64,000 nucleotides of DNA from Nanobdellota archaeon (GTDB lineage Archaea > Nanobdellota > Nanobdellia > Woesearchaeales > UBA10107): positions 109,878 to 173,877 of the forward strand of contig JBHPFU010000002.1 of NCBI GenBank assembly GCA_042571125.1, in the 5' to 3' direction. Position 1 is the stretch's first letter, and the number at the start of each line of letters is the position of its first letter. The notes beneath the pieces were generated by a model. It did not search any database. It worked only from the letters and a program-made list of their open reading frames with translations, and was not told the DNA's origin. Of the stretch, positions 10,232-19,659 are shown one piece after another. A program made the translations under genes and the position numbers.

Positions 10232-10480
10232 ATGGAATATGATTTAGAGCTGGAAAAAGCTGTAAATAAAATAAAAGAAGAAAAAGCTAAAACAGTTTGC
10301 ATTCAACTAGCAGAAGGTTTGAAACCAAAAGCAAAGGAAATAAAAGAATACATAGAAAAGAATACAGACTCAAAGGTTGTAATCTGGGCTGATTCTGCTT
10401 TCGGAGGATGCGACTTGCCAGATCCTGAAGAAGAAGTTGACTTGTTGATTCACTTTGGTCATTCGGAGTTCTCAAAATGA
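10232..10480 (+). pseudogene. dph2: N-terminal fragment (82 aa) of diphthamide synthesis protein Dph2, which makes 2-(3-amino-3-carboxypropyl)histidine. Either a truncated or a split gene.
   Basis: VCIQLAEGLKPKAKEI..VVIWADSAFGGCDLPD..VDLLIHFGHS matches the Dph2 N-terminal domain, including the first cluster-ligand Cys. The ORF stops right after GHSEF, and the downstream frame encodes an unrelated hydrophobic protein. Confidence 0.6.
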
Positions 10481-10800
10481 TAAATTACATATTAGCATTA
10501 ATTATCTCTTACATGGGATTAGTTGGAGGATTTATTCTACGCTACTTTGCAAAAGAAGAATTAGTTAAAATAAGAAAGAAAAACATCTGGTTAGTAAAAG
10601 AAAGCGAACCAATCTACATTCTTCTTGCGGTTATTTTCTACTTCGCAGCATTCCATACTATCTTTTATTACATTGCTTCAACAATATTTATTTACGGACT
10701 TGTTGTAGGATCTTTAAAAAATCAAAAGATTGGTAAAATATTATTTAAAAACTCTCTTTTCTTAATCGCAGGCTTAGCTCTTCTACTGCTCAAATCCTAA
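10477..10800 (+). CDS. Small integral membrane protein (107 aa, about 3 transmembrane helices).
   Basis: Hydrophobic composition. It overlaps the stop of the Dph2 fragment. Confidence 0.45.
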   Translation: MINYILALIISYMGLVGGFILRYFAKEELVKIRKKNIWLVKESEPIYILLAVIFYFAAFHTIFYYIASTIFIYGLVVGSLKNQKIGKILFKNSLFLIAGLALLLLKS

Positions 10801-10839
10801 CGAAATCTTTATAAATGATGTTCTTAATTAAAAAAACAT

Positions 10840-10912
10840 GCCTCCGTAGCTTAGTAGGTAGAGCGTGCGGCTGTTAACCGCAAGGTCACCAGTTCGAGTC
10901 TGGTCGGAGGCG
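10840..10912 (+). tRNA. tRNA-Asn (GUU).
   Basis: Manual cloverleaf. Acceptor GCCTCCG/CGGAGGC, anticodon stem TGCGG/CCGCA with loop CTGTTAA, T-loop TTCGAGT. 73 nt. Confidence 0.85.
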
Positions 10913-10918
10913 CTTTTT

Positions 10919-10992
10919 GGGCCCGTAGCTTAGTCTGGTGGAGCACACGACTGATAATCGTGCGGTCCCGTGTTCGAATCACGGCGGGCCCA
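10919..10992 (+). tRNA. tRNA-Ile (GAU).
   Basis: Acceptor GGGCCCG/CGGGCCC, anticodon stem CACGA/TCGTG with loop CTGATAA, T-loop TTCGAAT. 74 nt. Confidence 0.85.
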
Positions 10993-11000
10993 TTCTCACT

Positions 11001-12575
11001 ATGACTAAACTAAAAATAAAACAAGAATCGCAAGATCCTGTTCTCAATATAGCTCTGGATACTTTAAACAAGAATAAGCAAGCCCTAGTTTTTGTGAATA
11101 CAAAACGTTCTGCTGAAAAGGTTGCAGAAGATATCTCGAATCATTTTAAAAAATTAAAACAGAGGGAAGATACAGAACTTTCTGAACAAATTCTAAGCGC
11201 ATTAGCCAAACCAACAAAACAATGTGAAAGACTATCGAGATGTGTTAAGTATGGTGTTGGGTTTCATCACGCAGGATTGACGCACAAACAGAAAGATATA
11301 ATTGAAGATAGTTTCAAAGCCGGAAAAATAAAGATTATTTCATGTACCCCAACTTTGGCTGCAGGAATGGATATGCCTGCATTCAGAACAGTAATAAGAG
11401 ATCTAAAAAGGTACGGCCAGAGAGGAATGCAGAATATCGGAGTGTTAGAATATCTTCAAATGGCTGGCAGAGCAGGAAGACCAAAATACGATAAAGAAGG
11501 GCAGGCAATTGCGCTTGCAGGATCAGAAGGAGAAAAAGAAGAGATTTGGGAGAAGTATATTGACGGAGAGCCAGAAGATATACAATCTAAATTAGCAGTT
11601 GAACCTGTTTTAAGAACGTATGTTCTAAGTTTAATCGCCACTAAGTTTGTAAGAACAAAAAAAGAGCTTGTTAATTTCTTTAGTAAAACATTCTGGGCCT
11701 ATCAATTTGAAGATATGGATAAATTAGAGATAATAATTGATAAAATGTTAAGATTATTGGAAGAATGGGAATTCATAAAAGGGAAGGGGGATGATTTTAT
11801 TTCTGCATCAGAAGTAAGAGATGAAAAATTAAAAGCTACATTGTTAGGACAAAGAGTTGCAGAATTATATCTTGATCCGCTTGCTGCTCACGATATTGTA
11901 AAAGGACTAAGAAGGGCAGAAAAGACAACATTAGTTCCATTTTCATTCCTACAACTAGTATCCAACACGCTTGAGATGCGTCCTTTGCTAAGAGTTAGGC
12001 AAAAAGAGTATGATGATATTGTAGAAAGGCTTACACAATACGATTCTAATCTCTTAATGTCAGAACCGTCACTTTATGAAACTTTTTATGATGATTTTCT
12101 TGATTCTGTTAAAACAGCTCTGTTCTTTAATGAATGGATTGAAGAAAAAGATGAAGAATTCCTATTAGAACATTACAATGTACGTCCCGGAGAAACAAGA
12201 GGTAAGTTAGAGATAGCAGATTGGTTATTTTATTGCATGGAAGAAATTGCTAAACTGTTAAAATTACAAAAACTGCTTAAGGATGTAAGCAAAACAAGAT
12301 TAAGAATCAAGCACGGGATAAAAGAAGAGTTAGTTCCATTAGTAAAATTAAAAGAGATTGGTCGTGTGAGAGCAAGAAAGTTATTCAACAACGGAATAAA
12401 AGATGTAAAAGGTGTTAAAAATGCAGATACTTCTACTCTCGCTTATTTGTTGGGCAAGAAAATAACAATAAATATCAAAGAACAGGTTGGGCAAAAGATT
12501 AGACCTGAAGAGATTGAGATTAAAAAAGGCAAAAGAAAAGGCCAGATGAGTATTGATAAATACAATAAAGTTTAA
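11001..12575 (+). CDS. Hel308/Ski2-like DNA helicase, C-terminal portion only (RecA domain 2, winged helix, ratchet and helix-hairpin-helix domains). The N-terminal RecA domain 1, with Walker A and the DEAD box, is absent.
   Basis: Motifs IV to VI are present (ALVFVNTKRSAEK, GVGFHHAGL, TPTLAAGMDMPAFRTVI, QMAGRAGRPKYD). The ORF begins immediately after tRNA-Ile. The track start at 10938 lies inside the tRNA, so the first plausible ATG is 11001. Confidence 0.7.
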   Translation: MTKLKIKQESQDPVLNIALDTLNKNKQALVFVNTKRSAEKVAEDISNHFKKLKQREDTELSEQILSALAKPTKQCERLSRCVKYGVGFHHAGLTHKQKDIIEDSFKAGKIKIISCTPTLAAGMDMPAFRTVIRDLKRYGQRGMQNIGVLEYLQMAGRAGRPKYDKEGQAIALAGSEGEKEEIWEKYIDGEPEDIQSKLAVEPVLRTYVLSLIATKFVRTKKELVNFFSKTFWAYQFEDMDKLEIIIDKMLRLLEEWEFIKGKGDDFISASEVRDEKLKATLLGQRVAELYLDPLAAHDIVKGLRRAEKTTLVPFSFLQLVSNTLEMRPLLRVRQKEYDDIVERLTQYDSNLLMSEPSLYETFYDDFLDSVKTALFFNEWIEEKDEEFLLEHYNVRPGETRGKLEIADWLFYCMEEIAKLLKLQKLLKDVSKTRLRIKHGIKEELVPLVKLKEIGRVRARKLFNNGIKDVKGVKNADTSTLAYLLGKKITINIKEQVGQKIRPEEIEIKKGKRKGQMSIDKYNKV

Positions 12576-12610
12576 ATATAAGCAATCTTCTGAAAATCAA
12601 AGAGGAGTAT

Positions 12611-13240
12611 ATGAAAAAGGTGATGACAAAAGATGGTTCAGAAACATTCTACAGCAAAGAGTACACGGAAACTTATCATTCCACCTCTGGCGCTCTACAA
12701 GAGGGTTTTGAAAAGTTTGTTGGGCCGTCGGGTTTATTTGAAGGCTGTAAAATTCTGGACATATGTTTTGGGATCGGCTATAATTCTTTGGCTGCTATTC
12801 ATACTGCTATTGAAGATAATCTAAAGATTTCTATTACTGCCATAGAAAATGATCCAAAGATAGTCAGAAGAATAAAAGATGTAGTAATGGATGAAAAGTA
12901 TAGAAAAGCTCATGGGATTATTAAAAAAGTTGTTGAAGATAAAGAATACAAAGATGATTTAATCAGTATAAAACTAATCATTGATGATGCAAGAAAAACT
13001 GTTAAAAAACTTAATAATAAATTTGACTTTGTATTTTTTGATCCTTTCTCTCCAAAAAAACACCCAGAACTCTGGACAGAAGAATTCTTCAAAGATATTT
13101 ATAAGATAATGAACAAAGGAGTTCTAACAACTTATTCTTGCGCAAGAGTTGTACGGGATAATTTAAGAAGTGCAGGATTTAATGTGGAAGACGGGCCAAG
13201 CATAGGAAGAAGAGGACCAAGCACGATAGCTAAAAAATAA
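12611..13240 (+). CDS. SAM-dependent methyltransferase of the MnmC2/DUF752-like family (tRNA mnm5U-type).
   Basis: ICFGIGYNSL..FDFVFFDPFSPKKHPELWTEEFF..GVLTTYSCARVVRDNLRSAGFNV resembles the MnmC methyltransferase domain. RBS AGAGGAG upstream. Confidence 0.55.
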   Translation: MKKVMTKDGSETFYSKEYTETYHSTSGALQEGFEKFVGPSGLFEGCKILDICFGIGYNSLAAIHTAIEDNLKISITAIENDPKIVRRIKDVVMDEKYRKAHGIIKKVVEDKEYKDDLISIKLIIDDARKTVKKLNNKFDFVFFDPFSPKKHPELWTEEFFKDIYKIMNKGVLTTYSCARVVRDNLRSAGFNVEDGPSIGRRGPSTIAKK

Positions 13241-13241
13241 G

Positions 13242-13313
13242 CGTCCCTCCGAAGAATCGAACTCCGATTTTACGGACCGCAACCGTACGTACTATCCATT
13301 ATACTAGAGGGAC
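13242..13313 (-). tRNA. tRNA-Arg (GCG).
   Basis: Reverse complement folds as GTCCCTC-TA-GTAT..GTAC-G-TACGG-TTGCGGT-CCGTA-AAAT-CGGAG-TTCGATT-CTTCG-GAGGGAC-G. 72 nt. Confidence 0.8.
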
Positions 13314-13317
13314 AGGA

Positions 13318-15072
13318 TCAGCGATGACGTTGCATTCTATATAGGTTTTCTACAACATCAATAGTAGAAATCTCATCTGGCCTTCTATCTTCCCTTACTT
13401 CAACTAAGCGAGGAAATCTTAAAGCAAATCCAGATTGATATGTGGGCGATTTTTGTATCTCTTCATAATTTATCTCTATTACCAATTTTGGTTTAACTGT
13501 AACATGTTTTCCTTTTTCAGCAATTATCAAAGGTTTCAAGATATTCGTAAGCTCTTTAAAAGTCGCACCAAGACCTTCTAATTCTTTTATTCCTGTTCCA
13601 ACTTTGCCGATTCCAACATACTCTCCTGTATCGGGATCTAAACATGCAATATCAAAGCTGCTCAACCAGTTAGCTCTCTTACCTTCACCCCATTCAGCAC
13701 CTATTATAACCAAATCAAGAGTTTCCATAACGGGTTTTATCTTAACACCATACCCAACTCTTGAGCCTGGCTTGTAGATTCCCTCTAGATTTTTAGCCAT
13801 GACTCCTTCATTTCCTTTTTTCAGAGCTTCAGCATAGAATGCTTGGGCTTTTTTAGGATCATCTGTGATTATCTGTTTTGCTGCCTGTAGTTTATCTGGA
13901 ACTTCTTTTATTATCTTTTCAATTATCTTTCTTCTTTCCTTAAACGGCTTATTGATAACATCTTGATCTTCAAATTCGATAACATCAAAAACATTGACCA
14001 TAACCGGCAATTTCTTAATTATTTCTTCAATATCATATTTTCTTTTAATTCTCTGAGAAATATCCTGGAATGGCTTCCATTTTTTTGTTTTTGGGTCAAT
14101 ACCAATTATTTCTGTGTCTAAAATAAAATTATCTCCTTTAATATTCTCAACAACTTCAACAACATCTGGAAATTGTTTTGTTACATTGTCTAATCTTCTT
14201 GTAAATAACTTTGTTTTTCCGTCTTTTCTATGAATCTGCATCCTAAATCCATCGTATTTATATTCAAATGCTGCGGGTTTGCCAACAGTCTCAAAAGCAT
14301 CTTCCATATCTTTCGCTTTTGGGTAAAGCATTACCTTTATTGGCTTTCCAACCTCCATTTTTACTTTTTTCAGTGCTTCAATACCTTCTTTAGCAATTAA
14401 AATCACTTCTGAAAAATCATTTTTAGCATTATATGCAGATTGAAGAGCATCTATGTACTGATTATAATGTTCCCTATTCTCTACTTCAAAATTATTTTCT
14501 TTTTGATCATAGGTAAAGCCAAGATCTTTACCAAAGAATGCCCAGACAATCGCATCTCTTAATGTTCCGTCTGCAACACCCACTCTTAGTTCTTCTAAAA
14601 CTGTTCTTGTTATGAACTTTGCTTCTCCCGGTTTTGCAGATGTTAAAAGCTCTGAGATTAATTGTACTTTTTTGTCAACAGTTCCAGAGCCAACAAATTC
14701 AGGAAGTTTTCTTATGTTTTCAAATACTTTTGAAGATGTTAAAGATGTTGAAAATAAAGTTCTTTGTTTCTTTTTGCTTACTAGGTTCTCAGCAGTGATC
14801 CCCAAGTCTCCTGTTTTTTTCCATTCGGCCTCAATCTCTTGTTCAGTCATGCCTGTTGATTTTCCAATCACTTTTATCATCAAACGGGCAGCGACACCTA
14901 TTTTGCGCTCATCATATGAAGGGAAAACTCTTCCCTGTAGCAATAATACCACTTCAGGAAGATCTTTTTCAGAAGTTTTTTTAAGAAATTCAGAGATAAT
15001 ATGTGTTTTTTCCAGCCTTTTGGATGTTGATTCTAGCTCACTGTAGACTTCAACTAAATCAGCGTATTTCAT
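13318..15072 (-). CDS. lig: ATP-dependent DNA ligase.
   Basis: Adenylation motif I KYDGFRMQIH. 584 aa with a typical archaeal Lig layout. Confidence 0.9.
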   Translation of the reverse strand: MKYADLVEVYSELESTSKRLEKTHIISEFLKKTSEKDLPEVVLLLQGRVFPSYDERKIGVAARLMIKVIGKSTGMTEQEIEAEWKKTGDLGITAENLVSKKKQRTLFSTSLTSSKVFENIRKLPEFVGSGTVDKKVQLISELLTSAKPGEAKFITRTVLEELRVGVADGTLRDAIVWAFFGKDLGFTYDQKENNFEVENREHYNQYIDALQSAYNAKNDFSEVILIAKEGIEALKKVKMEVGKPIKVMLYPKAKDMEDAFETVGKPAAFEYKYDGFRMQIHRKDGKTKLFTRRLDNVTKQFPDVVEVVENIKGDNFILDTEIIGIDPKTKKWKPFQDISQRIKRKYDIEEIIKKLPVMVNVFDVIEFEDQDVINKPFKERRKIIEKIIKEVPDKLQAAKQIITDDPKKAQAFYAEALKKGNEGVMAKNLEGIYKPGSRVGYGVKIKPVMETLDLVIIGAEWGEGKRANWLSSFDIACLDPDTGEYVGIGKVGTGIKELEGLGATFKELTNILKPLIIAEKGKHVTVKPKLVIEINYEEIQKSPTYQSGFALRFPRLVEVREDRRPDEISTIDVVENLYRMQRHR

Positions 15073-15156
15073 ATATTAATAGAACCTATCTCCCTTTAAA
15101 AATATTTAGTTTAAACACCGATATCTTTATATATAAAATAACAATAAAAATAGGAT

Positions 15157-15867
15157 ATGGAAACTCTAGAGGCAATTGAAAAAAGAAGGTCCTGTAGAAA
15201 GTACCAAAATAAGGATCTTGAAAAAGAAATATTCTCTGTTGTTCTTAATGCAGGAAGATTGGCACCTTCAGCAGGAAACCTGCAGGACAGATGTTTTATC
15301 ATAGTTAAAAATAAGAATACAAGACAAAGGATTGCCGAATTATGCGGAGGACAGATGTGGATGCAATTCGCTCCTGTTCATATCGTTGTTGTTTCTGAAC
15401 TGAAAAAGAACAAACAATACTATGGCATAAGAGGCGAAAGAGTTTATTCTATACAAGACTGTGCAGTGGCTGTGCAGAATATGTTATTAGCCGCAACAGA
15501 CCTTGGTCTTGGATGCTGTGTTGTTTCTGCTTTTGATGAAGACAGATTAAAAGATTTATTAGTTATCGAAGATCCTGCGAGACCTCAGGCAGTTGTTACA
15601 CTTGGTTATTGTGCAGAAGAAAATACTAAACCTACACCAAAACATGACCTAGAAAAACTGGTCTGGACTGAAAAATATTTCGGAAGAATAGAAAACATGT
15701 CTATAACTCTTGGTGCGTGGAGTGAAATATGGGAAAAGAAGATTAAAGAAGTAAAAGAAAATCTTGATCTTCCTCAGAAAAAACAGGTTTTCCTTGAAAA
15801 AAGTAAAGAAGTTGGTAAAAAGATTAAAGAAAGGCTGAAAAATCTTCGTAAGCCAAAATCAGAGTAA
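15157..15867 (+). CDS. Nitroreductase-family protein with a Lys/Glu-rich C-terminal tail.
   Basis: RLAPSAGNLQDRCFIIV and the nitroreductase fold signature. TATA TTTATATA about 27 bp upstream. Confidence 0.7.
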   Translation: METLEAIEKRRSCRKYQNKDLEKEIFSVVLNAGRLAPSAGNLQDRCFIIVKNKNTRQRIAELCGGQMWMQFAPVHIVVVSELKKNKQYYGIRGERVYSIQDCAVAVQNMLLAATDLGLGCCVVSAFDEDRLKDLLVIEDPARPQAVVTLGYCAEENTKPTPKHDLEKLVWTEKYFGRIENMSITLGAWSEIWEKKIKEVKENLDLPQKKQVFLEKSKEVGKKIKERLKNLRKPKSE

Positions 15868-15884
15868 GTTCTGTTGAGAAAAGA

Positions 15885-17678
15885 ATGGTAGATTTATTGA
15901 AATTTAGTGGAAAAGTAATTTTATTGGGTAATCAGGCAATTGTACGTGGAGCTCTAGAGTCAGGAGTTGGTTTTTCTGCTTCATATCCCGGAACTCCCTC
16001 TTCTGAAATTGCTGATACTTTCGCTAAGATAGCAAAAAAAGCGGGGATTTATTTTGAGTATAGCACAAATGAAAAAGTTGCTTCAGAAGCAGTTGCTGGC
16101 GCATCATTTTCCGGTGTTCGTTCATTAGTTTCATTCAAACACTTTGGTTTTAATGTTGCAAGTGATTCTATTTACCCTTTAGCATATCACGGAGTAGATG
16201 CAGGATTAGTAATTGTCTGTTCAGATGATCCTGGATGTCATTCATCTGGCCAAAGCGAACAAGATTCAAGATATATGGCAAGAATTGCTCACATGCCTTT
16301 ATTAGAACCTTCAGATCCTACTGAATGTAAAGAATTTACAAAACTCGCCTTTGAAATGTCTGAGAAGTTAAAGATCCCTGTAATTGTAAGAACAACAACA
16401 AGAGTTGCTCATGCAAGCGAAGTTGTAAAACTTGGGAAGATTGTTAAAGGAAAAACAAAGGGGGTTTTCAAGAAAGGAAGAGCATTTAGAAACCTACCAC
16501 CAAATATGCTTGGTGTTCATGCTGAACTTGATAAAAAACTTGAAAATCTAAAGAGTTTTACAAAAACCGTTACTGGGAAAGGTTCTGTTGGGGTTATTAC
16601 AAGCGGAGTTTCGTATCATTATGTGATGGAAGCATTAAGGATGTTAAATCTTAAGATTCCAGTACTAAAACTTAACATGACTTGGCCGTTGGCAGAGCAA
16701 GAGATTAAGAATTTCGTTAAAGGATTAAAATCGGTTCTGGTTGTTGAAGAACTTGATGGTGTTATTGAAAGAGATGTAAGGGGGATTAAACCTAATCTAA
16801 GCGTGCATGGCAAGGATCACTTACCTAGCTGTGAGCTAAACCAAGACGTTGTTGCCAAAGCATTAGCTAAACTTACAAAAAAGAGCTTTAAGGCTGTTTC
16901 TAAAGAGGTTGATGTTCCTTCAAGGCCGCCTATACTCTGTCCTGGATGCCCTCACAGAGCAACATTCTGGGCTGTTAAAAAGGCAGTTCCTAAAAATACT
17001 GTATTCGGAGGAGATATTGGATGTTATTTATTAGGTATTTACGAACCAAACAATACTGCTGATTTCCTAATCTCGATGGGTGCGGGATGTGGAATTGTTC
17101 ATGGGATTAACAAAGTTGAAGGAAAGAAACCTGTTGCATTTATAGGAGATAGTACATTTTTCCATGCAGGACTTCCTCCAATCGTAAATCATGTTTACAA
17201 CAAATCAAATGTATTAACTGTTGTTCTTGATAACAGATGGACTGCAATGACTGGGCATCAGCCTAATCCTGCAATGGGATTAACAGGAATGGGTGATCAG
17301 ACAAAAGAAATAAAGATTGAAGAAGTTGTTAAAGGTCTTGGTGTTGAAAATGTTGATCTTTCTAACAGTTTTAATCTAAAAGATACAAAAGGAAAGGCAA
17401 AAGAATTGTTTAAGAAAAATGGGGCATCTGTTCTTGTATCAAAAGGAGAATGTAGATTACAGTTCATGCGAAGAGCAAGATCTAAAGGAGTAAAAGTTCC
17501 TGTTTTTGAGATTGACAAGAAGAAATGTACTAAATGCGGAATCTGTCTTTATGATTATGGCTGCCCTGCAATACAGAGAGATAAAAAAGGAGATTATTTC
17601 ATAGACCCAGACCTTTGTTGGGGATGCAGTGCGTGTATGCAGGTATGTCCTGTAAATGCAATATCAATAAAAAAATGA
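15885..17678 (+). CDS. iorA: Indolepyruvate:ferredoxin oxidoreductase alpha subunit.
   Basis: 597 aa. TPP-binding region GDSTFFHAG. Two C-terminal 4Fe-4S motifs CTKCGICLYDYGCP and CWGCSACMQVCP. Confidence 0.8.
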   Translation: MVDLLKFSGKVILLGNQAIVRGALESGVGFSASYPGTPSSEIADTFAKIAKKAGIYFEYSTNEKVASEAVAGASFSGVRSLVSFKHFGFNVASDSIYPLAYHGVDAGLVIVCSDDPGCHSSGQSEQDSRYMARIAHMPLLEPSDPTECKEFTKLAFEMSEKLKIPVIVRTTTRVAHASEVVKLGKIVKGKTKGVFKKGRAFRNLPPNMLGVHAELDKKLENLKSFTKTVTGKGSVGVITSGVSYHYVMEALRMLNLKIPVLKLNMTWPLAEQEIKNFVKGLKSVLVVEELDGVIERDVRGIKPNLSVHGKDHLPSCELNQDVVAKALAKLTKKSFKAVSKEVDVPSRPPILCPGCPHRATFWAVKKAVPKNTVFGGDIGCYLLGIYEPNNTADFLISMGAGCGIVHGINKVEGKKPVAFIGDSTFFHAGLPPIVNHVYNKSNVLTVVLDNRWTAMTGHQPNPAMGLTGMGDQTKEIKIEEVVKGLGVENVDLSNSFNLKDTKGKAKELFKKNGASVLVSKGECRLQFMRRARSKGVKVPVFEIDKKKCTKCGICLYDYGCPAIQRDKKGDYFIDPDLCWGCSACMQVCPVNAISIKK

Positions 17679-18253
17679 AAAATATAATTTTAGCAGGAGT
17701 CGGAGGACAGGGAATCCTTACTTTAGCTGGAGCTATTGCAAGAGCTGCTATTTCAGAAGGTTTTGATGTTAAAGGAAGCGAACTTCATGGATTAGCAATG
17801 AGATTTGGATCATTAAATGTCCATATAAGGATTGGAAAAGATATTTCATCCCCTCTTGTTTCATTATCTGATGCAGACTTAATAATTTCTCAAGAACCAA
17901 TTGAAACTTTAAGAAATATAAAGTATGCAAACAAAAAAACAGTGATTTTGTTTGACACAAAACCTCAAGTTCCTTTAACAGCTTACTTAGAGAAGAAAAA
18001 ATATCCTTCTTTAGATGAAACAAATAAAATACTTGGAAAAATATCTAAAAAAGTGATTCCTGTCCATGCTTCAGACATTGTTTATGAAAAAACAGGATCA
18101 GCGATAATGGCAAACACATATTTATTAGGAAGATTAGCTAAAGAAAAGATTCTTCCAATTAAAAAAGAATCGTATATTAAAGCATTAAAAGAAATTATCA
18201 AACCAAAAGCATTGAAAGGCAATTTAGAAATATTTGAATTGGCCTACAAATAA
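17675..18253 (+). CDS. iorB: Indolepyruvate:ferredoxin oxidoreductase beta subunit.
   Basis: MKNIILAGVGGQGILTLAG. ATGA overlap with iorA. The track start at 17615 is probably an upstream extension. Confidence 0.75.
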   Translation: MKNIILAGVGGQGILTLAGAIARAAISEGFDVKGSELHGLAMRFGSLNVHIRIGKDISSPLVSLSDADLIISQEPIETLRNIKYANKKTVILFDTKPQVPLTAYLEKKKYPSLDETNKILGKISKKVIPVHASDIVYEKTGSAIMANTYLLGRLAKEKILPIKKESYIKALKEIIKPKALKGNLEIFELAYK

Positions 18254-19584
18254 TAATCAACTAATTTTCTTATTGATTTCACAGCAATTTTTGGGAAAGT
18301 ATAGGTTGGTACTCCGCTTAATTCTAATGTTGTGTTAAGGATGTCTGTAAATCTTGCGCCTGTTGAAACAACAACAATAGGTTTCTTTTTGCTGTACTTG
18401 CTTATAACTTTAACAATATCTGTTGATATTGTTGGTGTCTGATATAACACAGTAAGCAAAACAATATCTATGTTCCTATCGGATATGCTTTCCTTAATTG
18501 CTCTTTCATAATCTTTTGTTGTTGCACTTCCTGTCAAATCGATTGGATTTTTTATAACTGCTATTTTTGGAAGCTGAGTTCTAAGCTTCTTCCTTTTGTT
18601 TTGGTCCATTTGGGCCAGGTCTAGCCCTTCGTGAATTATATTGTCTGTGCAAAGAATTCCGTATCCTCCTCCATTTGTTATAATCTGAATGGAATCTCCT
18701 CTTGGTTCTTTTGATAAAAATACCTTTGCAAATTCAAATAATTCCTCTAATCCATTTGCTTGGATTAATCCTGCCTGTTCAAAGACTCCTTTGTATATCT
18801 TCGCTTCTCCTGCTAATGCGCCGGTGTGAGATAATGCGGCTTCACTTCCTTGTTCTGTCGATCCTGCCTTAAGCACAATAACTGGTTTTTTTATTTTTCT
18901 TGCTATTCTTAAGAACTTTTTTCCGTCCTTAACCCCTTCAATGTATAAACAAATAACTTTTGTCTGCACATCTTTACTTAAGTATTCAAGAATGTCTGAT
19001 TCATCTACATTAATTGCATTTCCATAGCTGATGAATTTTGAGAATTTGTAATCTTTTTTTGCTCCGAGATCCAATAATGCTCCGCCAACTGCTCCAGACT
19101 GACAAACAAGAGATATTCCTCCTTGTTCTGGTCTTTTCATTCTTGACTGCGGGAAGAAAATTGAATCAATCCTTGAATATGAATCATAAATCCCTAAACA
19201 GTTCGGACCAATAACCTTAATCTTATATTTTTTTAATAAACTTAACAAATCATCGTGCAATTTGGTGTTCCCAATCTCTTCAAACCCTGCGGTTATTATA
19301 ACTAAGTTCTTTATTCCTTTTTTTCCGCATTCTTGTACAACTTTTAAGACTAGGTTTGAAGGAATTGCAACAATTCCAAGATCTACCTTCCCTTTTATCT
19401 CTAAAACAGAATCATAACACCTATGTTCAAGGACTTCTTCTTCATTAGGATTAACAGCATATAACTTTCCTTTATATTTTGAGTCTAAAAGATTCTTAAA
19501 TAGCACATGTCCTGCTTTGTTAATATATTTTGAGACTCCTATTACTGCTATTGACTTTGCCTTGAAGAATTTACTTAAGTCCAT
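18244..19584 (-). CDS. ADP-forming acetyl-CoA synthetase alpha subunit (CoA-binding and CoA-ligase domains).
   Basis: 446 aa. N-terminal CoA-binding Rossmann region SIAVIGVSK plus a succinyl-CoA-synthetase-like fold. Confidence 0.7.
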   Translation of the reverse strand: MDLSKFFKAKSIAVIGVSKYINKAGHVLFKNLLDSKYKGKLYAVNPNEEEVLEHRCYDSVLEIKGKVDLGIVAIPSNLVLKVVQECGKKGIKNLVIITAGFEEIGNTKLHDDLLSLLKKYKIKVIGPNCLGIYDSYSRIDSIFFPQSRMKRPEQGGISLVCQSGAVGGALLDLGAKKDYKFSKFISYGNAINVDESDILEYLSKDVQTKVICLYIEGVKDGKKFLRIARKIKKPVIVLKAGSTEQGSEAALSHTGALAGEAKIYKGVFEQAGLIQANGLEELFEFAKVFLSKEPRGDSIQIITNGGGYGILCTDNIIHEGLDLAQMDQNKRKKLRTQLPKIAVIKNPIDLTGSATTKDYERAIKESISDRNIDIVLLTVLYQTPTISTDIVKVISKYSKKKPIVVVSTGARFTDILNTTLELSGVPTYTFPKIAVKSIRKLVDYYL

Positions 19585-19659
19585 ATTAATGACTTATCTA
19601 TTTAGCTTTATATAATTTTCTTAAAAAAATTTATAAAGATAGGTTATAATAAAAGATAT

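Noticed and set aside
10938-11000. Track ORF start MEHTTDNRAVPCSNHGGPIL for the helicase.
   Set aside because: This extension is translated through the tRNA-Ile gene. The real start must be at or after 11001.
14612-15046. A 144-aa ORF antisense to the DNA ligase gene. Similar antisense ORFs lie within ftsZ (22017-22286), cdc48 (48307-48930 and 49756-50199), rtcB and others.
   Set aside because: They are antisense to strongly supported genes and carry no motifs.
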